The notes under the pieces were generated by a model. That model worked only from the letters and a program-made list of their open reading frames with translations, made no database searches and was not told the origin of the DNA. The position numbers and the translations under genes were made by a program. This document shows, in pieces, positions 1 to 18,076 of a DNA stretch of 64,000 bases. Source of the stretch: an uncultured Acidobacteriota bacterium. GTDB taxonomy: Bacteria; Acidobacteriota; Thermoanaerobaculia; Multivoradales; UBA5704. How positions within the stretch are numbered: the stretch's first letter is position 1; each line of letters starts with the position of its first letter. The DNA lies in the NCBI GenBank assembly GCA_963770895.1, contig CAVYRF010000001.1, positions 2,179,496 to 2,243,495 on the forward strand. The letters run 5' to 3'.

Positions 1-8083
<8,083 letters not shown>

Positions 8084-8335
8084 CCGAGACCTTGCAGAGG
8101 GAGTCATTCAGCCGCTGCCCGCAGGCCTGTAAGTCTTGAGAAATATTCTGTTTAGTAAGAGCAGTCGAGTCTCTCGCTTCGCTGATAGCACAGTGTCCAA
8201 AAAGGGCCAAACGTGACAGTGGCGTCACCGAGTTGTCACCGGCGCCCCATCCGCATAGGCTTGGCGGTCTCTCGAACGCATGCCGGGCACCCGATCGAGC
8301 GGCGACGCTCGCGAGCTGATGACAAGATGAAACCC

Positions 8336-11300
8336 ATGCCATCGCAGAGGACGCTCTCCACCGGCCGCCTCGCTGACTTGCAAAAGATCTTGAAGGGGCG
8401 CGGCAGCGGCGCGGGCCGAGTGCAGAGCGAGCCTCTGCGGCGCCGCGCGGGGAGCGGGCCGTGCGCGCTGTCGTTCGCCCAGGAGCGTCTGTGGTTCATC
8501 GATCAGCTGGAGCCCGGCAGCTCGCTCTACACGGTGCCGGTGCAGGCGCGCCTGGAGGAGAAGCCCAGGGTCGAGGTCCTGCGGCGTACGCTCGTCGCGA
8601 TCGTCCGCCGGCACGAGGTCCTGCGCACCCGTTATGAGAGCGTGGCCGGCCGACCGGTCCAGGTGATCGACCGCGAGCCGGCAGGGGAGATCCTGCCGCT
8701 GGTCGACCTGGGGGGATTGGCGGACGCCCGCCGCGGCAGGGAGCTGCGGCGGCTGGCGATCGAGGAGACGGATCGGCCGTTCGATTTGAGCCGGGGTCCG
8801 GTCTTTCGCGCGCTTCTGGTGCGTCTGGACCAGGAGGAGCACCGGCTGCTCGCCAATCTGCACCACATCGTCTGCGATGCGGCGTCGACCCAGGTGCTGC
8901 TGCGGGAGCTGTCCTCGCTCTACGCGGCGTTCTCGGCGGGCGAGGCTTCGCCGCTGCCGGAGCTTGCGGTGCAGTACGCCGACTATGCGGCGTGGCAACG
9001 GGCGCGGTTCGAGAGCGGGGGTGCGGCGGCAGAGCTCGCGTATTGGCGCGGCGCCCTGGGGGAGCACCCGCCGGTGCTGGAGCTCCCCACCGACCGGCCA
9101 CGGCCGGCGGTACAGACCTGGCGCGGCGCGACGCGCTCGGTGGAGCTGTCCGGCGAGCTGAGCGCGTCGCTGGGCCGTTTGAGCCGGCAGTCGGGAGCGA
9201 CGCTGTTCATGACCCTGCTGGCGGTGTTCGTGGGCCTGCTGCGGCGTTACAGCGCTCAGCCGGATCTATGCGTGGGCACACCGATCTCGGGCCGCCACCG
9301 GGTGGAGCTGGAAAATCTGATCGGTTTCTTCCTCAACACCCTGGTGATCCGCGTGGATTCGCCCGGGGACCCGCAATTCGCCGATCTCCTGGCCCTGGTG
9401 CGGGAGAGATCGCTCGCCGCGTTCGCCAACCGGGACCTGCCCTTCGAGAAGCTGGTCGAAGAGCTGCAGCCGAGCCGTGACCTGTCCCATTCGCCGCTGT
9501 TCCAGGTGCTGTTCGTGCTGCTGCACAGCGCGGCAACCCCCTCGTTTCCGGGCGGCCTGTGGCACGAGCCGGTTGCGGTGCGGACGTCGAAGTTCGACCT
9601 GACCGTGTCGGTCGAGGCGGCAACGTCGGGGATGGCGGTAGCGGTCGAGTACAACACCGACCTGTTCGACGGCGCCACGATGGCGCGTCTGCTCGATCAC
9701 TTCGGCCACCTGGCGGCGGCAGTGGCTGTGCAGTCGGAGCGGCGTCTGTCGGCCCTGCCGATGCTGGGCGAGGCGGAGCGGCAGTCGCTCCTCGTCGAGA
9801 GCAACGACACGTCGTCCTCGTATGCCTGTGGGGGAGTGCACCGTCTGTTCGAGGCGCAGGTGGAGCGTGCGCCGGAGGCGACGGCCCTGGTGTGGGAGGC
9901 AGAGACCCTCAGCTATGGCGAGCTGGATCGGCGCGCGGGACGGTTGGCGCGCCGGCTCGTCGAGCTGGGCGTGGGCGCGGAGTCGCGGGTGGGTCTGCAG
10001 CTCGGGCGGTCGGCGGACCTTTCGATCGGCCTGCTGGCGATCTTGAAGGCGGGTGGCGCCTACGTGCCGATCGATCCTCTCTATCCGCCGCAACGTCGGG
10101 AGCTGATGCTGGCCGATGCCCAGGTGTCGGTGCTGCTGACCCGGGAGAGCCTGGCGTGCGAGCTCTCGGGCGGCTATTCGCTGCTGTGCCTGGACCGTGC
10201 GCCGAGGGGCTCCGCGCTGCACGGTTCGTGGAGCCCGGTGGAGGTCGCCGACTCGAACCTTGCCTACGTGATCTATACCTCGGGTTCGACGGGCCGCCCG
10301 AAGGGGGTGAGCCTGGCGCATGGAGCTCTGCGCAACCTGATCGAGTGGCACCTCGCGACTCTGCTCGGCGGCGCTCGGACGCTGCAGTTCGCCTCGGTGA
10401 GCTTCGACGTGAGCTTCTGCGAGATGTTCGCCTGCTGGGGCTCGGGCGGAACGCTGTACCTGATCTCGGAGGAGGCTCGCCGCGACGTGGCGATGCTGGG
10501 TCGGTACCTGGTGAGCCGGGGTCTGGAGAAGGTGATCCTGCCGGTGGTGGTTCTGCAGCAGCTGGCCGAGCAGTTCGGTCGCGGCGGGGATCTGCCGCCG
10601 CTCCTGGAGGTGACGACGACGGGCGAGCAGCTGCAGACGACGCGTGCGATGGGCGAGCTGTGCGAGCGCCTGGGCGCGTGCGCGTTCCACAACCATTACG
10701 GTCCTTCCGAAAGCCACGTGGTGACGGCGTACCGTCTGGGGCGGGAGCCCGGGGAGTGGCTGACCCATCCGTCGATCGGGGTACCGATCGGCAACAGCTC
10801 GACCTACACGCTGGATGGCAGTCTGGCGCCGGTGCCCACGGGAGTGGCCGGGGAGCTCTATCTGGGCGGGGTCTGCCTGGCTCGCGGCTACCTGGGCCGG
10901 CCGGATCTGACGGCGGAGCGTTTCGTGCCCCACCCGTTCAGCGAGCCGGGCGGGGAGCGCCTGTACCGGACGGGGGACAAGGTTCGCCGCCTGGTGGACG
11001 GCACGCTGGACTTCCTGGGCCGCTTCGACCATCAGGTGAAGGTGCGGGGATTCCGGGTGGAGCTGGAGGAGGTCGAGTCGGTGCTGGGCCGCCACCCGGA
11101 GGTTCTGCACACGGTGGTGATCGCGCGGGAGATGGGAGTCGGCGATCGCCGCCTGATCGCGTACGTGGTGCCGTCGCGAGCAGAGACCGACGCGGCGGCG
11201 TGGCGCCGGTACCTGCAGGAGCGGCTGCCGGAGTACATGGTGCCGTCGTGGTTCGTGGTTCTGGAGTCTCTGCCGCTGACGCCGAACGGGAAGGTGGACC

Positions 11301-14300
11301 GCCGGGCGCTGCCGGAGCCGGAGCGGATGGGCGGGGGTGCGGATTCGGGAGTGGGATCTGTGGCGCCGCGGACGCCGGCCGAAGAGGTGGTGGCGGCCAT
11401 CTGGTCGGAGGTCCTGGGCCTGTCGCGGGTGGGAGCCCTTGACAACTTCTTCGAGTTGGGCGGGCACTCGCTGCTGGCGGTGCGGGTCATCGCGCGGCTC
11501 CGCGATGCGTTCGGGGTCGAGCTGCCGCTGCGCAAGCTGTTCGAAGCGCCGACGGTGGCACTCCTGGCCGCTCACGTCGAAGAGCGTCGGAGGGGGGCTG
11601 CCGAGCCGGCTGCGCCGGCGCTGGTGCCGGTTGCTCGCGACCGGCCTCTGCCGCTGTCGTTCGCCCAGGAGCGGCTGTGGTTTCTCGATCAGCTGCAGCC
11701 CGGCAGCGCGCAGTACAACCTGCCGCTGGCGCTGCGGCTGAGCGGGCCGTTGAATCCCGCGGCCCTGGCCTGGACGCTGGGCCGGGTCGAGCGCCGCCAC
11801 GAGGCTTTGCGCACGGTGTTCCCGGCGGCCGAGGGGGCGCCGGTGCAGGTGATCCGGCCGGCTCGGGAGCCGTTCCCGTTGCCGGTCGTCGATCTGTCGG
11901 GGCTGGCTGCGGGAGCGCGGGAGGCGCATCTGGCCCGCCTGGCGGCGGCGGAGGCGCTGCGGCCGTTCGACCTGGCGCAGGGGCCGCTCTGGCGGGGGAG
12001 CCTGCTGCGGCTTGGCGTGGAGGACCATGGAGTGCTGTTGACGCAGCACCACATCGTCAGCGACGGCTGGTCGCTCGCGGTGCTGGTGCGCGAAGTGGTG
12101 GAGCTCTACGGGGCGGCGCTGGAAGCTCGGCCGCCGCGCCTTGCCGATCTGCCGATCCAGTACGCGGACTACGCGAGCTGGCAGCGGGACTGGCTTCTTC
12201 TCCCTGCCGGGAGTGCCGGCATGGCTGGTGTCGCCGGCCAGGGCGAGGCGCTGGCGGCGGGCCTGTCGTACTGGCGCCAGCGGCTGGCCGGAGCGCCGCC
12301 GGTCCTGGATCTGCCGGGCGACCGTCCGCGTCCGGCGGTGCGGAGCTGGCGGGGTGCGGCGCGGGCGGTGCGGCTGGAAGAAGGCTTGAGCCAGCAGCTC
12401 CGCGTGGCGAGCGTGCGCCAGGGTGCGACCCCGTTCATGACCCTGCTGGCGGGTTGGATGGCGGCCTTGGCCCGCTGGAGCGGCCAGGAAGACCTGAGCG
12501 TCGGCACGCCGGTCGCGGGTCGCCCGCGGATCGAGCTCGAAGGCTTGCTCGGCTTCTTCATCAACACCCTGGTGTCGCGGTTGGATCTGGCGGGGATCAA
12601 GACCTTCCGGGAACTGGTCGTGCAGGTGCGGGAGGCCTGGCTCTCGGCCTACGAGCACCAGGCGGTGCCGTTCGAGAAGCTGGTCGAAGAGCTGGCACCG
12701 CAGCGCAGCCTCTCCTACACGCCGCTGTTTCAGGTGATGTTCGTGCTGCAGAACGCACCGCGCGCGTCGGCGCGGGTCGGCGGCCTGGCGCTGTCGCCGG
12801 TGGGATTGGCGGGCACGAGCGCGAAATTCGACCTGACCCTGTCTCTGGAGGAGCAGGCAGGGGTCTTCGCGGGCGGCCTGGAGTACAGCACCGAGCTCTT
12901 CGACGCAGCGACGATGGCGCGATTCGTCGATCAGCTGACGCGGCTGTTGGCCGGTGCGGTCGCGGCACCGGACCAGGACCTGCGGTCGTTGCCTCTGCTG
13001 TCGGCCGCCGAAGAGCAGCAGCTGGCCGTCGAGTGGAGCGGCGCGGGGAGCCAGGCCACGGCCGCTGCCGGTGCCTCGGTCGTCGAGCGGTTCGAGAGCT
13101 GGGCGGCAAAGACCCCGGACGCCGTCGCCGTGCTGGCGCCGGGAGAGGCTCTCTCCTACGCCCATCTCGACGCCCGCGCCAACCGGCTCGCCCGCCGGCT
13201 GCGCTCGCTGGGCGTGACCGTCGAGGATCTGGTCGGTGTGTGCGCCGAGCGCTCCCCGGCGATGATCGTGGCCGTGTTCGGCATCCTCAAGGCCGGGGCC
13301 GCCTACGTGCCGCTGGACCCGACCTATCCGCGCCAGCGCCTCGCCTACATGGTCGAGGACGCACGGCTGGCGGTGCTCGTCACCGAGGAACGGCTGCGCG
13401 GCCGCCTGCCGGAGACCCCGGAGACGGCCGCCAGGCTCCTGCTCCTCGATTCGGAGGGTGCGGAGGGGCGCGGTCTCGAAAGCGAGAGCGCGGAGCGGCT
13501 GCCCGCGATTGCGACGCCCGGCAGCCTGGCCTACGTGATCTACACCTCGGGCTCGACCGGCCGGCCGAAGGGGGTGATGATCCACCACCACGGCTGGAGC
13601 AACCTGGCGGAGGCCCAGCGGCGCCGGTTTGGCGTCGGTCCGGGAACCCGCGTGCTGCAGTTCGCCTCGCTCAGCTTCGACGCCTCGGCGTGGGATATCT
13701 CCATGGCGCTCTGCGCCGGGGCCATGCTGCTGCTCGGCCCCCGCGAGCGGCGTCTCGCCGCGGAGGAGCTGACCCTTTTGCTGCGGCAGTGCGACCTGGC
13801 CACCCTGCCGCCGGCCGTCCTCCCGACGCTGACGGCGGACGAATCGCCAGAGCTTTCGACCCTGATCGTGGGGGGCGAGGCCTGCCCCTTGCACGTGGCG
13901 CGGACCTGGGTAGCCGGGCGGCGGTTCTTCAATGCCTACGGTCCCACCGAGGCCACGATCACCGCCACGGTGGCGCTCTATGACGGCGGGGATCGCCTGC
14001 CGATCGGCCGGCCGATCGACGGGGTAGAGGCCTGGGTGCTGGACGCGCGGGGGAACCCGGCTCCGATCGGAGTCGTGGGCGAGCTCTGCCTGGCCGGCGC
14101 CGGGTTGGCGCGGGGCTACCTGAACCGGCCCGAGCAGACGGCGCGGAGCTTCGTGCCGCACCCCTTCTCCGCGCTTCCCGGCGAGCGGCTCTACCGGACG
14201 GGCGATCTGGCCTTCCGGCGGCCGGAGGGCAGCCTGGAAATCCTCGGCCGGCTCGATCATCAGGTCAAGATCCGCGGCTTCCGCGTCGAGCTCGGGGAGA

Positions 14301-17300
14301 TCGAGGCGGTGCTGGCCGCGGTGCCAGGAGTGCGCGAGGCCGCGGTGGTGGCGCGCGCGAGCGGTGCGAGCGGCCTGCAGCTGGTCGCCTATGTCGTGGG
14401 CGACGTCACCGGCGATGTGTTGCGCCGCGCCCTGCGCGAGCGGCTGCCGGAGCACATGGTGCCGTCGTGGTTCGTGGTTCTGGAGTCTCTGCCGCTGACG
14501 CCGAACGGCAAGCTGGACCGTCGGGCGCTGCCGGAGCCGGAGCGGATTGGCGGGGGTGCGGATTCGGGAGTGGGATCCGTGGCGCCGCGGACACCGGCCG
14601 AAGAGGTGGTGGCGGCCATCTGGTCGGAGGTCCTGGGCGTGTCGCGGGTGGCAGCCGAGGACAACTTCTTCGAGTTGGGCGGGCACTCGCTCCTGGCGGT
14701 GCGGGTCATCGCGCGGCTCCGAGCTGCGTTCGGGGTCGAGCTGCCGCTGCGCGAGCTGTTCGCGGCGCCGACGGTGGCGCTCCTGGCCGCTCAGGTCGAA
14801 GAGCGTCGGAGGGGGGCTGCCGAGCCGGTTGCGCCGGCGCTGGCGCCGGTTGCCCGCGACCGGCCTCTGCCGCTGTCGTTCGCGCAGGAGCGGCTGTGGT
14901 TTCTCGATCAGCTGCAGCCGGGCAGCGCGCAGTACAACCTGCCGCTGGCGCTGCGGGTGAGCGGGCCGTTGAATCCCGCGGCCCTGGCCTGGACGCTGGG
15001 CCGGGTGGAGCGTCGCCACGAGGCTTTGCGCACGGTCTTCCCGGCGGTCGAGGGGGCACCGGCGCAGATGATCCGTCCGCCTCGGGAGCCGTTCCCGCTG
15101 CCGGTCGTCGATCTGTCGGGGCTGGCGGAGGGAGCGCGGGAGGTGCATCTGGGCCGCCTGGCGGCGGCGGAGGCGCTGCGGCCGTTCGACCTGGCGCAGG
15201 GTCCGCTCTGGCGGGGGAGCCTGCTGCGGCTTGGCGAGCAGGACCACGGAGTGCTGTTGACGCAGCACCACATCGTCAGCGACGGCTGGTCGCTCGCGGT
15301 GCTGGTGCGCGAAGCGGTGGAGCTCTACGGAGCGGTCCTGGAAGCTCGGCCGCCGCGCCTTGCGGATCTGCCGATCCAGTACGCCGACTACGCGAGCTGG
15401 CAGCGGGGCTGGCTTAAGGGCGAGGCGCTGGCGGCGGGCCTGTCGTACTGGCGAGAGCGTCTGGCCGGGGCGCCGCCGGTCCTGGATCTGCCGGGCGACC
15501 GTCCGCGTCCGGCGGTGCGGAGCTGGCGGGGTGCGGCGCGGGCGGTGCGGCTGGAAGAAGGCTTGAGCCGGCAGCTGCGCGCGGCGAGCGTGCGGCAGGG
15601 GGCGACCCCGTTCATGACCCTGCTGGCGGGTTGGATGGCGGCTTTGGCCCGCTGGAGCGGCCAGGAGGACCTGAGCGTCGGCACGCCGGTCGCGGGTCGC
15701 CCGCGGATCGAGCTCGAAGGCTTGCTCGGCTTCTTCATCAACACCCTGGTGTCGCGGTTGGATCTGTCGGGGATCAAGACCTTCCGGGAACTGGTCGTGC
15801 AGGTGCGGGAGGCCTGGCTCTCGGCCTACGAGCACCAGGCGGTGCCGTTCGAGAAGCTGGTCGAAGAGCTGGCACCGCAGCGCAGCCTCTCCTACACCCC
15901 GCTGTTTCAGGTGATGTTCGTACTGCAGAACGCACCGCGCGCGTCGGCGCGGGTCGGCGGCCTGGCGCTGTCGCCGGTGGGATTGGCGGGCACGAGCGCG
16001 AAGTTCGACCTGACGCTGGCGCTGGAGGAGCAGGCAGGGGTCTTCGCGGGTGGCCTGGAGTACAGCACGGAGCTCTTCGACGCAGCGACGATGGCGCGAT
16101 TCGTCGATCAGCTGACGCGGCTGTTGGCCGGTGCGGTCGCGGCACCGGACCAGGACCTGCGGTCGTTGCCTCTGCTGTCGGCTGCCGAAGAGCACCAGTT
16201 GGTCGTCGAGTGGAGCGGCACGGGGCGTCAGGCCGCGGCCGCTGCCGGTGCCTCGGTCGTCGAGCGGTTCGAAAGCTGGGCGGCAAAGACCCCGGACGCC
16301 GTCGCCGTGCTGGCGCCGGGAGAGGCTCTCTCCTACGCCCATCTCGACGCCCGGGCCAACCGGCTCGCCCGCCGGCTGCGCTCGTTGGGCGTGACCGTCG
16401 AGGATCTGGTCGGCGTGTGCGCCGAGCGCTCCCCGGCGATGATCGTCGCCGTGTTCGGCATCCTCAAGGCCGGGGCCGCCTACGTGCCGCTGGACCCGAC
16501 CTATCCGCGCCAGCGCCTCGCCTACATGGTCGAGGACGCACGGCTCGCGGTGCTCGTCACCGAGGAACGGCTGCGCGGCCGCCTGCCGGAGACCCCGGAG
16601 ACGGCCGCCAGGCTCCTGCTCCTCGATTCGGAGGGTGCAGACGAGCGCGGTTTCGACTGCAAGAGCGCGGAGGGGCTGCCCGGGATTGCGACGCCCGGCA
16701 GCCTGGCCTACGTGATCTACACCTCGGGCTCGACCGGCCGGCCGAAGGGGGCGATGATCCACCACCACGGCTGGAGCAACCTGGCGGAGGCCCAGCGGCG
16801 CCGGTTCGGCGTCGGCCCGGCAGACCGCGTGCTGCAGTTCGCCTCGCTCAGCTTCGACGCCTCGGCGTGGGAGATCTCCATGGCGCTCTGCGCCGGGGCC
16901 ACGCTGCTGCTCGGCCCCCGCGAGCGGCGTCTCTCCGCAGAGGAGCTGACCCTTTTGCTGCGGCACTGCGACCTGGCCGTCCTGCCGCCGGCCGTCCTCC
17001 CGACGCTGACGGCGGAAGAATCGCCAGAGCTTTCGACCCTGATCGTGGGCGGCGAGGCCTGCCCCTTGCACGTGGCGCGGACCTGGGCAGCCGGGCGGCG
17101 GTTCTTCAATGCCTACGGTCCCACCGAGGCCACGGTCTGCGCCACGGTGGCGCTCTATGACGGCGGGGATCGCCTGCCGATCGGCCGGCCGATCGACGGA
17201 GTTCAGGCCTGGGTGCTGGACGCGCGGGGGAACCCGGCTCCGATCGGAGTCGTGGGCGAGCTCTGCCTGGGCGGCGCCGGGTTGGCGCGGGGCTACCTGA

Positions 17301-18076
17301 ACCGGCCCGAGCAGACGGCGCGGAGCTTCGTGCCGCACCCCTTCCCCATGCACGCCGGCGAGCGGCTGTACCGGACGGGCGATCTGGCCTTCCGGCGGCC
17401 GGAGGGCAGCCTGGAAATCCTCGGCCGGCTCGATCATCAGGTCAAGATCCGCGGCTTCCGCGTCGAGCTCGGGGAGATCGAGGCGGTGCTGGCCGCGGTG
17501 CCAGGAGTGCGCGAGGCCGCGGTGGTGGCGCGCGCGAGCGGTGCGAGCGGCCTGCAGCTGGTCGCCTACGCAGTGAGCGACGTCACCGGCGATGTGTTGC
17601 GCCGCGCCCTGCGCGAGCGGTTGCCGGAGCACATGGTGCCGTCGTGGTTCGTGGCGCTCGACGCCCTGCCCCTGACGCCGAACGGGAAGCTCGACCGCCA
17701 TGCGCTGCCGGCGCCGGAGCTGGGCGGGGGTGCAGGTTCGAGCGTGGGGTATGTGGCGCCGCGGACGCCGGCCGAAGAGCTGGTGGCGGCGATCTGGTCG
17801 GACGTGCTGGGCGTGTCCCGGGTGGGAGCCCTCGACAACTTCTTCGAGCTGGGAGGGCACTCGCTGCTGGCCGTGCAGGCCATCGCGCGGCTGCGTTCCA
17901 TCTTCCCGGTCGATCTGCCGCTGCGCGTTCTTTTCGAGCACCCCACCGTGGGCGGCACCGCCCAAACGGTGGCAGAGGCTCTGGGAGGAGAGGACGTCGC
18001 AAACGACGTCGCGCGGCTCTATCAGCAGCTGCAAGCGCTCAGCGACAAAGAGGTCCAGGAGTCGCTTTCACGATGA
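8336..18076 (+). CDS. NRPS, three modules C-A(Pro-like)-T-C-A(aromatic)-T-C-A(aromatic)-T
   Basis: ORF 8213..18076 with SFAQERLWF, HHIVCDAAS/HHIVSDGWS, YTSGSTGRPKG and GGHSLL, each three times. Start moved to ATG 8336 (or 8327) because MPSQRTLSTGRLADLQKIL aligns with the N-terminus of the next NRPS. No E, MT or TE domain seen. Confidence 0.95.
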   Translation: MPSQRTLSTGRLADLQKILKGRGSGAGRVQSEPLRRRAGSGPCALSFAQERLWFIDQLEPGSSLYTVPVQARLEEKPRVEVLRRTLVAIVRRHEVLRTRYESVAGRPVQVIDREPAGEILPLVDLGGLADARRGRELRRLAIEETDRPFDLSRGPVFRALLVRLDQEEHRLLANLHHIVCDAASTQVLLRELSSLYAAFSAGEASPLPELAVQYADYAAWQRARFESGGAAAELAYWRGALGEHPPVLELPTDRPRPAVQTWRGATRSVELSGELSASLGRLSRQSGATLFMTLLAVFVGLLRRYSAQPDLCVGTPISGRHRVELENLIGFFLNTLVIRVDSPGDPQFADLLALVRERSLAAFANRDLPFEKLVEELQPSRDLSHSPLFQVLFVLLHSAATPSFPGGLWHEPVAVRTSKFDLTVSVEAATSGMAVAVEYNTDLFDGATMARLLDHFGHLAAAVAVQSERRLSALPMLGEAERQSLLVESNDTSSSYACGGVHRLFEAQVERAPEATALVWEAETLSYGELDRRAGRLARRLVELGVGAESRVGLQLGRSADLSIGLLAILKAGGAYVPIDPLYPPQRRELMLADAQVSVLLTRESLACELSGGYSLLCLDRAPRGSALHGSWSPVEVADSNLAYVIYTSGSTGRPKGVSLAHGALRNLIEWHLATLLGGARTLQFASVSFDVSFCEMFACWGSGGTLYLISEEARRDVAMLGRYLVSRGLEKVILPVVVLQQLAEQFGRGGDLPPLLEVTTTGEQLQTTRAMGELCERLGACAFHNHYGPSESHVVTAYRLGREPGEWLTHPSIGVPIGNSSTYTLDGSLAPVPTGVAGELYLGGVCLARGYLGRPDLTAERFVPHPFSEPGGERLYRTGDKVRRLVDGTLDFLGRFDHQVKVRGFRVELEEVESVLGRHPEVLHTVVIAREMGVGDRRLIAYVVPSRAETDAAAWRRYLQERLPEYMVPSWFVVLESLPLTPNGKVDRRALPEPERMGGGADSGVGSVAPRTPAEEVVAAIWSEVLGLSRVGALDNFFELGGHSLLAVRVIARLRDAFGVELPLRKLFEAPTVALLAAHVEERRRGAAEPAAPALVPVARDRPLPLSFAQERLWFLDQLQPGSAQYNLPLALRLSGPLNPAALAWTLGRVERRHEALRTVFPAAEGAPVQVIRPAREPFPLPVVDLSGLAAGAREAHLARLAAAEALRPFDLAQGPLWRGSLLRLGVEDHGVLLTQHHIVSDGWSLAVLVREVVELYGAALEARPPRLADLPIQYADYASWQRDWLLLPAGSAGMAGVAGQGEALAAGLSYWRQRLAGAPPVLDLPGDRPRPAVRSWRGAARAVRLEEGLSQQLRVASVRQGATPFMTLLAGWMAALARWSGQEDLSVGTPVAGRPRIELEGLLGFFINTLVSRLDLAGIKTFRELVVQVREAWLSAYEHQAVPFEKLVEELAPQRSLSYTPLFQVMFVLQNAPRASARVGGLALSPVGLAGTSAKFDLTLSLEEQAGVFAGGLEYSTELFDAATMARFVDQLTRLLAGAVAAPDQDLRSLPLLSAAEEQQLAVEWSGAGSQATAAAGASVVERFESWAAKTPDAVAVLAPGEALSYAHLDARANRLARRLRSLGVTVEDLVGVCAERSPAMIVAVFGILKAGAAYVPLDPTYPRQRLAYMVEDARLAVLVTEERLRGRLPETPETAARLLLLDSEGAEGRGLESESAERLPAIATPGSLAYVIYTSGSTGRPKGVMIHHHGWSNLAEAQRRRFGVGPGTRVLQFASLSFDASAWDISMALCAGAMLLLGPRERRLAAEELTLLLRQCDLATLPPAVLPTLTADESPELSTLIVGGEACPLHVARTWVAGRRFFNAYGPTEATITATVALYDGGDRLPIGRPIDGVEAWVLDARGNPAPIGVVGELCLAGAGLARGYLNRPEQTARSFVPHPFSALPGERLYRTGDLAFRRPEGSLEILGRLDHQVKIRGFRVELGEIEAVLAAVPGVREAAVVARASGASGLQLVAYVVGDVTGDVLRRALRERLPEHMVPSWFVVLESLPLTPNGKLDRRALPEPERIGGGADSGVGSVAPRTPAEEVVAAIWSEVLGVSRVAAEDNFFELGGHSLLAVRVIARLRAAFGVELPLRELFAAPTVALLAAQVEERRRGAAEPVAPALAPVARDRPLPLSFAQERLWFLDQLQPGSAQYNLPLALRVSGPLNPAALAWTLGRVERRHEALRTVFPAVEGAPAQMIRPPREPFPLPVVDLSGLAEGAREVHLGRLAAAEALRPFDLAQGPLWRGSLLRLGEQDHGVLLTQHHIVSDGWSLAVLVREAVELYGAVLEARPPRLADLPIQYADYASWQRGWLKGEALAAGLSYWRERLAGAPPVLDLPGDRPRPAVRSWRGAARAVRLEEGLSRQLRAASVRQGATPFMTLLAGWMAALARWSGQEDLSVGTPVAGRPRIELEGLLGFFINTLVSRLDLSGIKTFRELVVQVREAWLSAYEHQAVPFEKLVEELAPQRSLSYTPLFQVMFVLQNAPRASARVGGLALSPVGLAGTSAKFDLTLALEEQAGVFAGGLEYSTELFDAATMARFVDQLTRLLAGAVAAPDQDLRSLPLLSAAEEHQLVVEWSGTGRQAAAAAGASVVERFESWAAKTPDAVAVLAPGEALSYAHLDARANRLARRLRSLGVTVEDLVGVCAERSPAMIVAVFGILKAGAAYVPLDPTYPRQRLAYMVEDARLAVLVTEERLRGRLPETPETAARLLLLDSEGADERGFDCKSAEGLPGIATPGSLAYVIYTSGSTGRPKGAMIHHHGWSNLAEAQRRRFGVGPADRVLQFASLSFDASAWEISMALCAGATLLLGPRERRLSAEELTLLLRHCDLAVLPPAVLPTLTAEESPELSTLIVGGEACPLHVARTWAAGRRFFNAYGPTEATVCATVALYDGGDRLPIGRPIDGVQAWVLDARGNPAPIGVVGELCLGGAGLARGYLNRPEQTARSFVPHPFPMHAGERLYRTGDLAFRRPEGSLEILGRLDHQVKIRGFRVELGEIEAVLAAVPGVREAAVVARASGASGLQLVAYAVSDVTGDVLRRALRERLPEHMVPSWFVALDALPLTPNGKLDRHALPAPELGGGAGSSVGYVAPRTPAEELVAAIWSDVLGVSRVGALDNFFELGGHSLLAVQAIARLRSIFPVDLPLRVLFEHPTVGGTAQTVAEALGGEDVANDVARLYQQLQALSDKEVQESLSR

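Noticed and set aside
9266-18034. 2922-aa minus-strand ORF and other long antisense or alternate-frame ORFs over the NRPSs
   Set aside because: Shadow ORFs caused by high GC3; they mirror the NRPS duplications.
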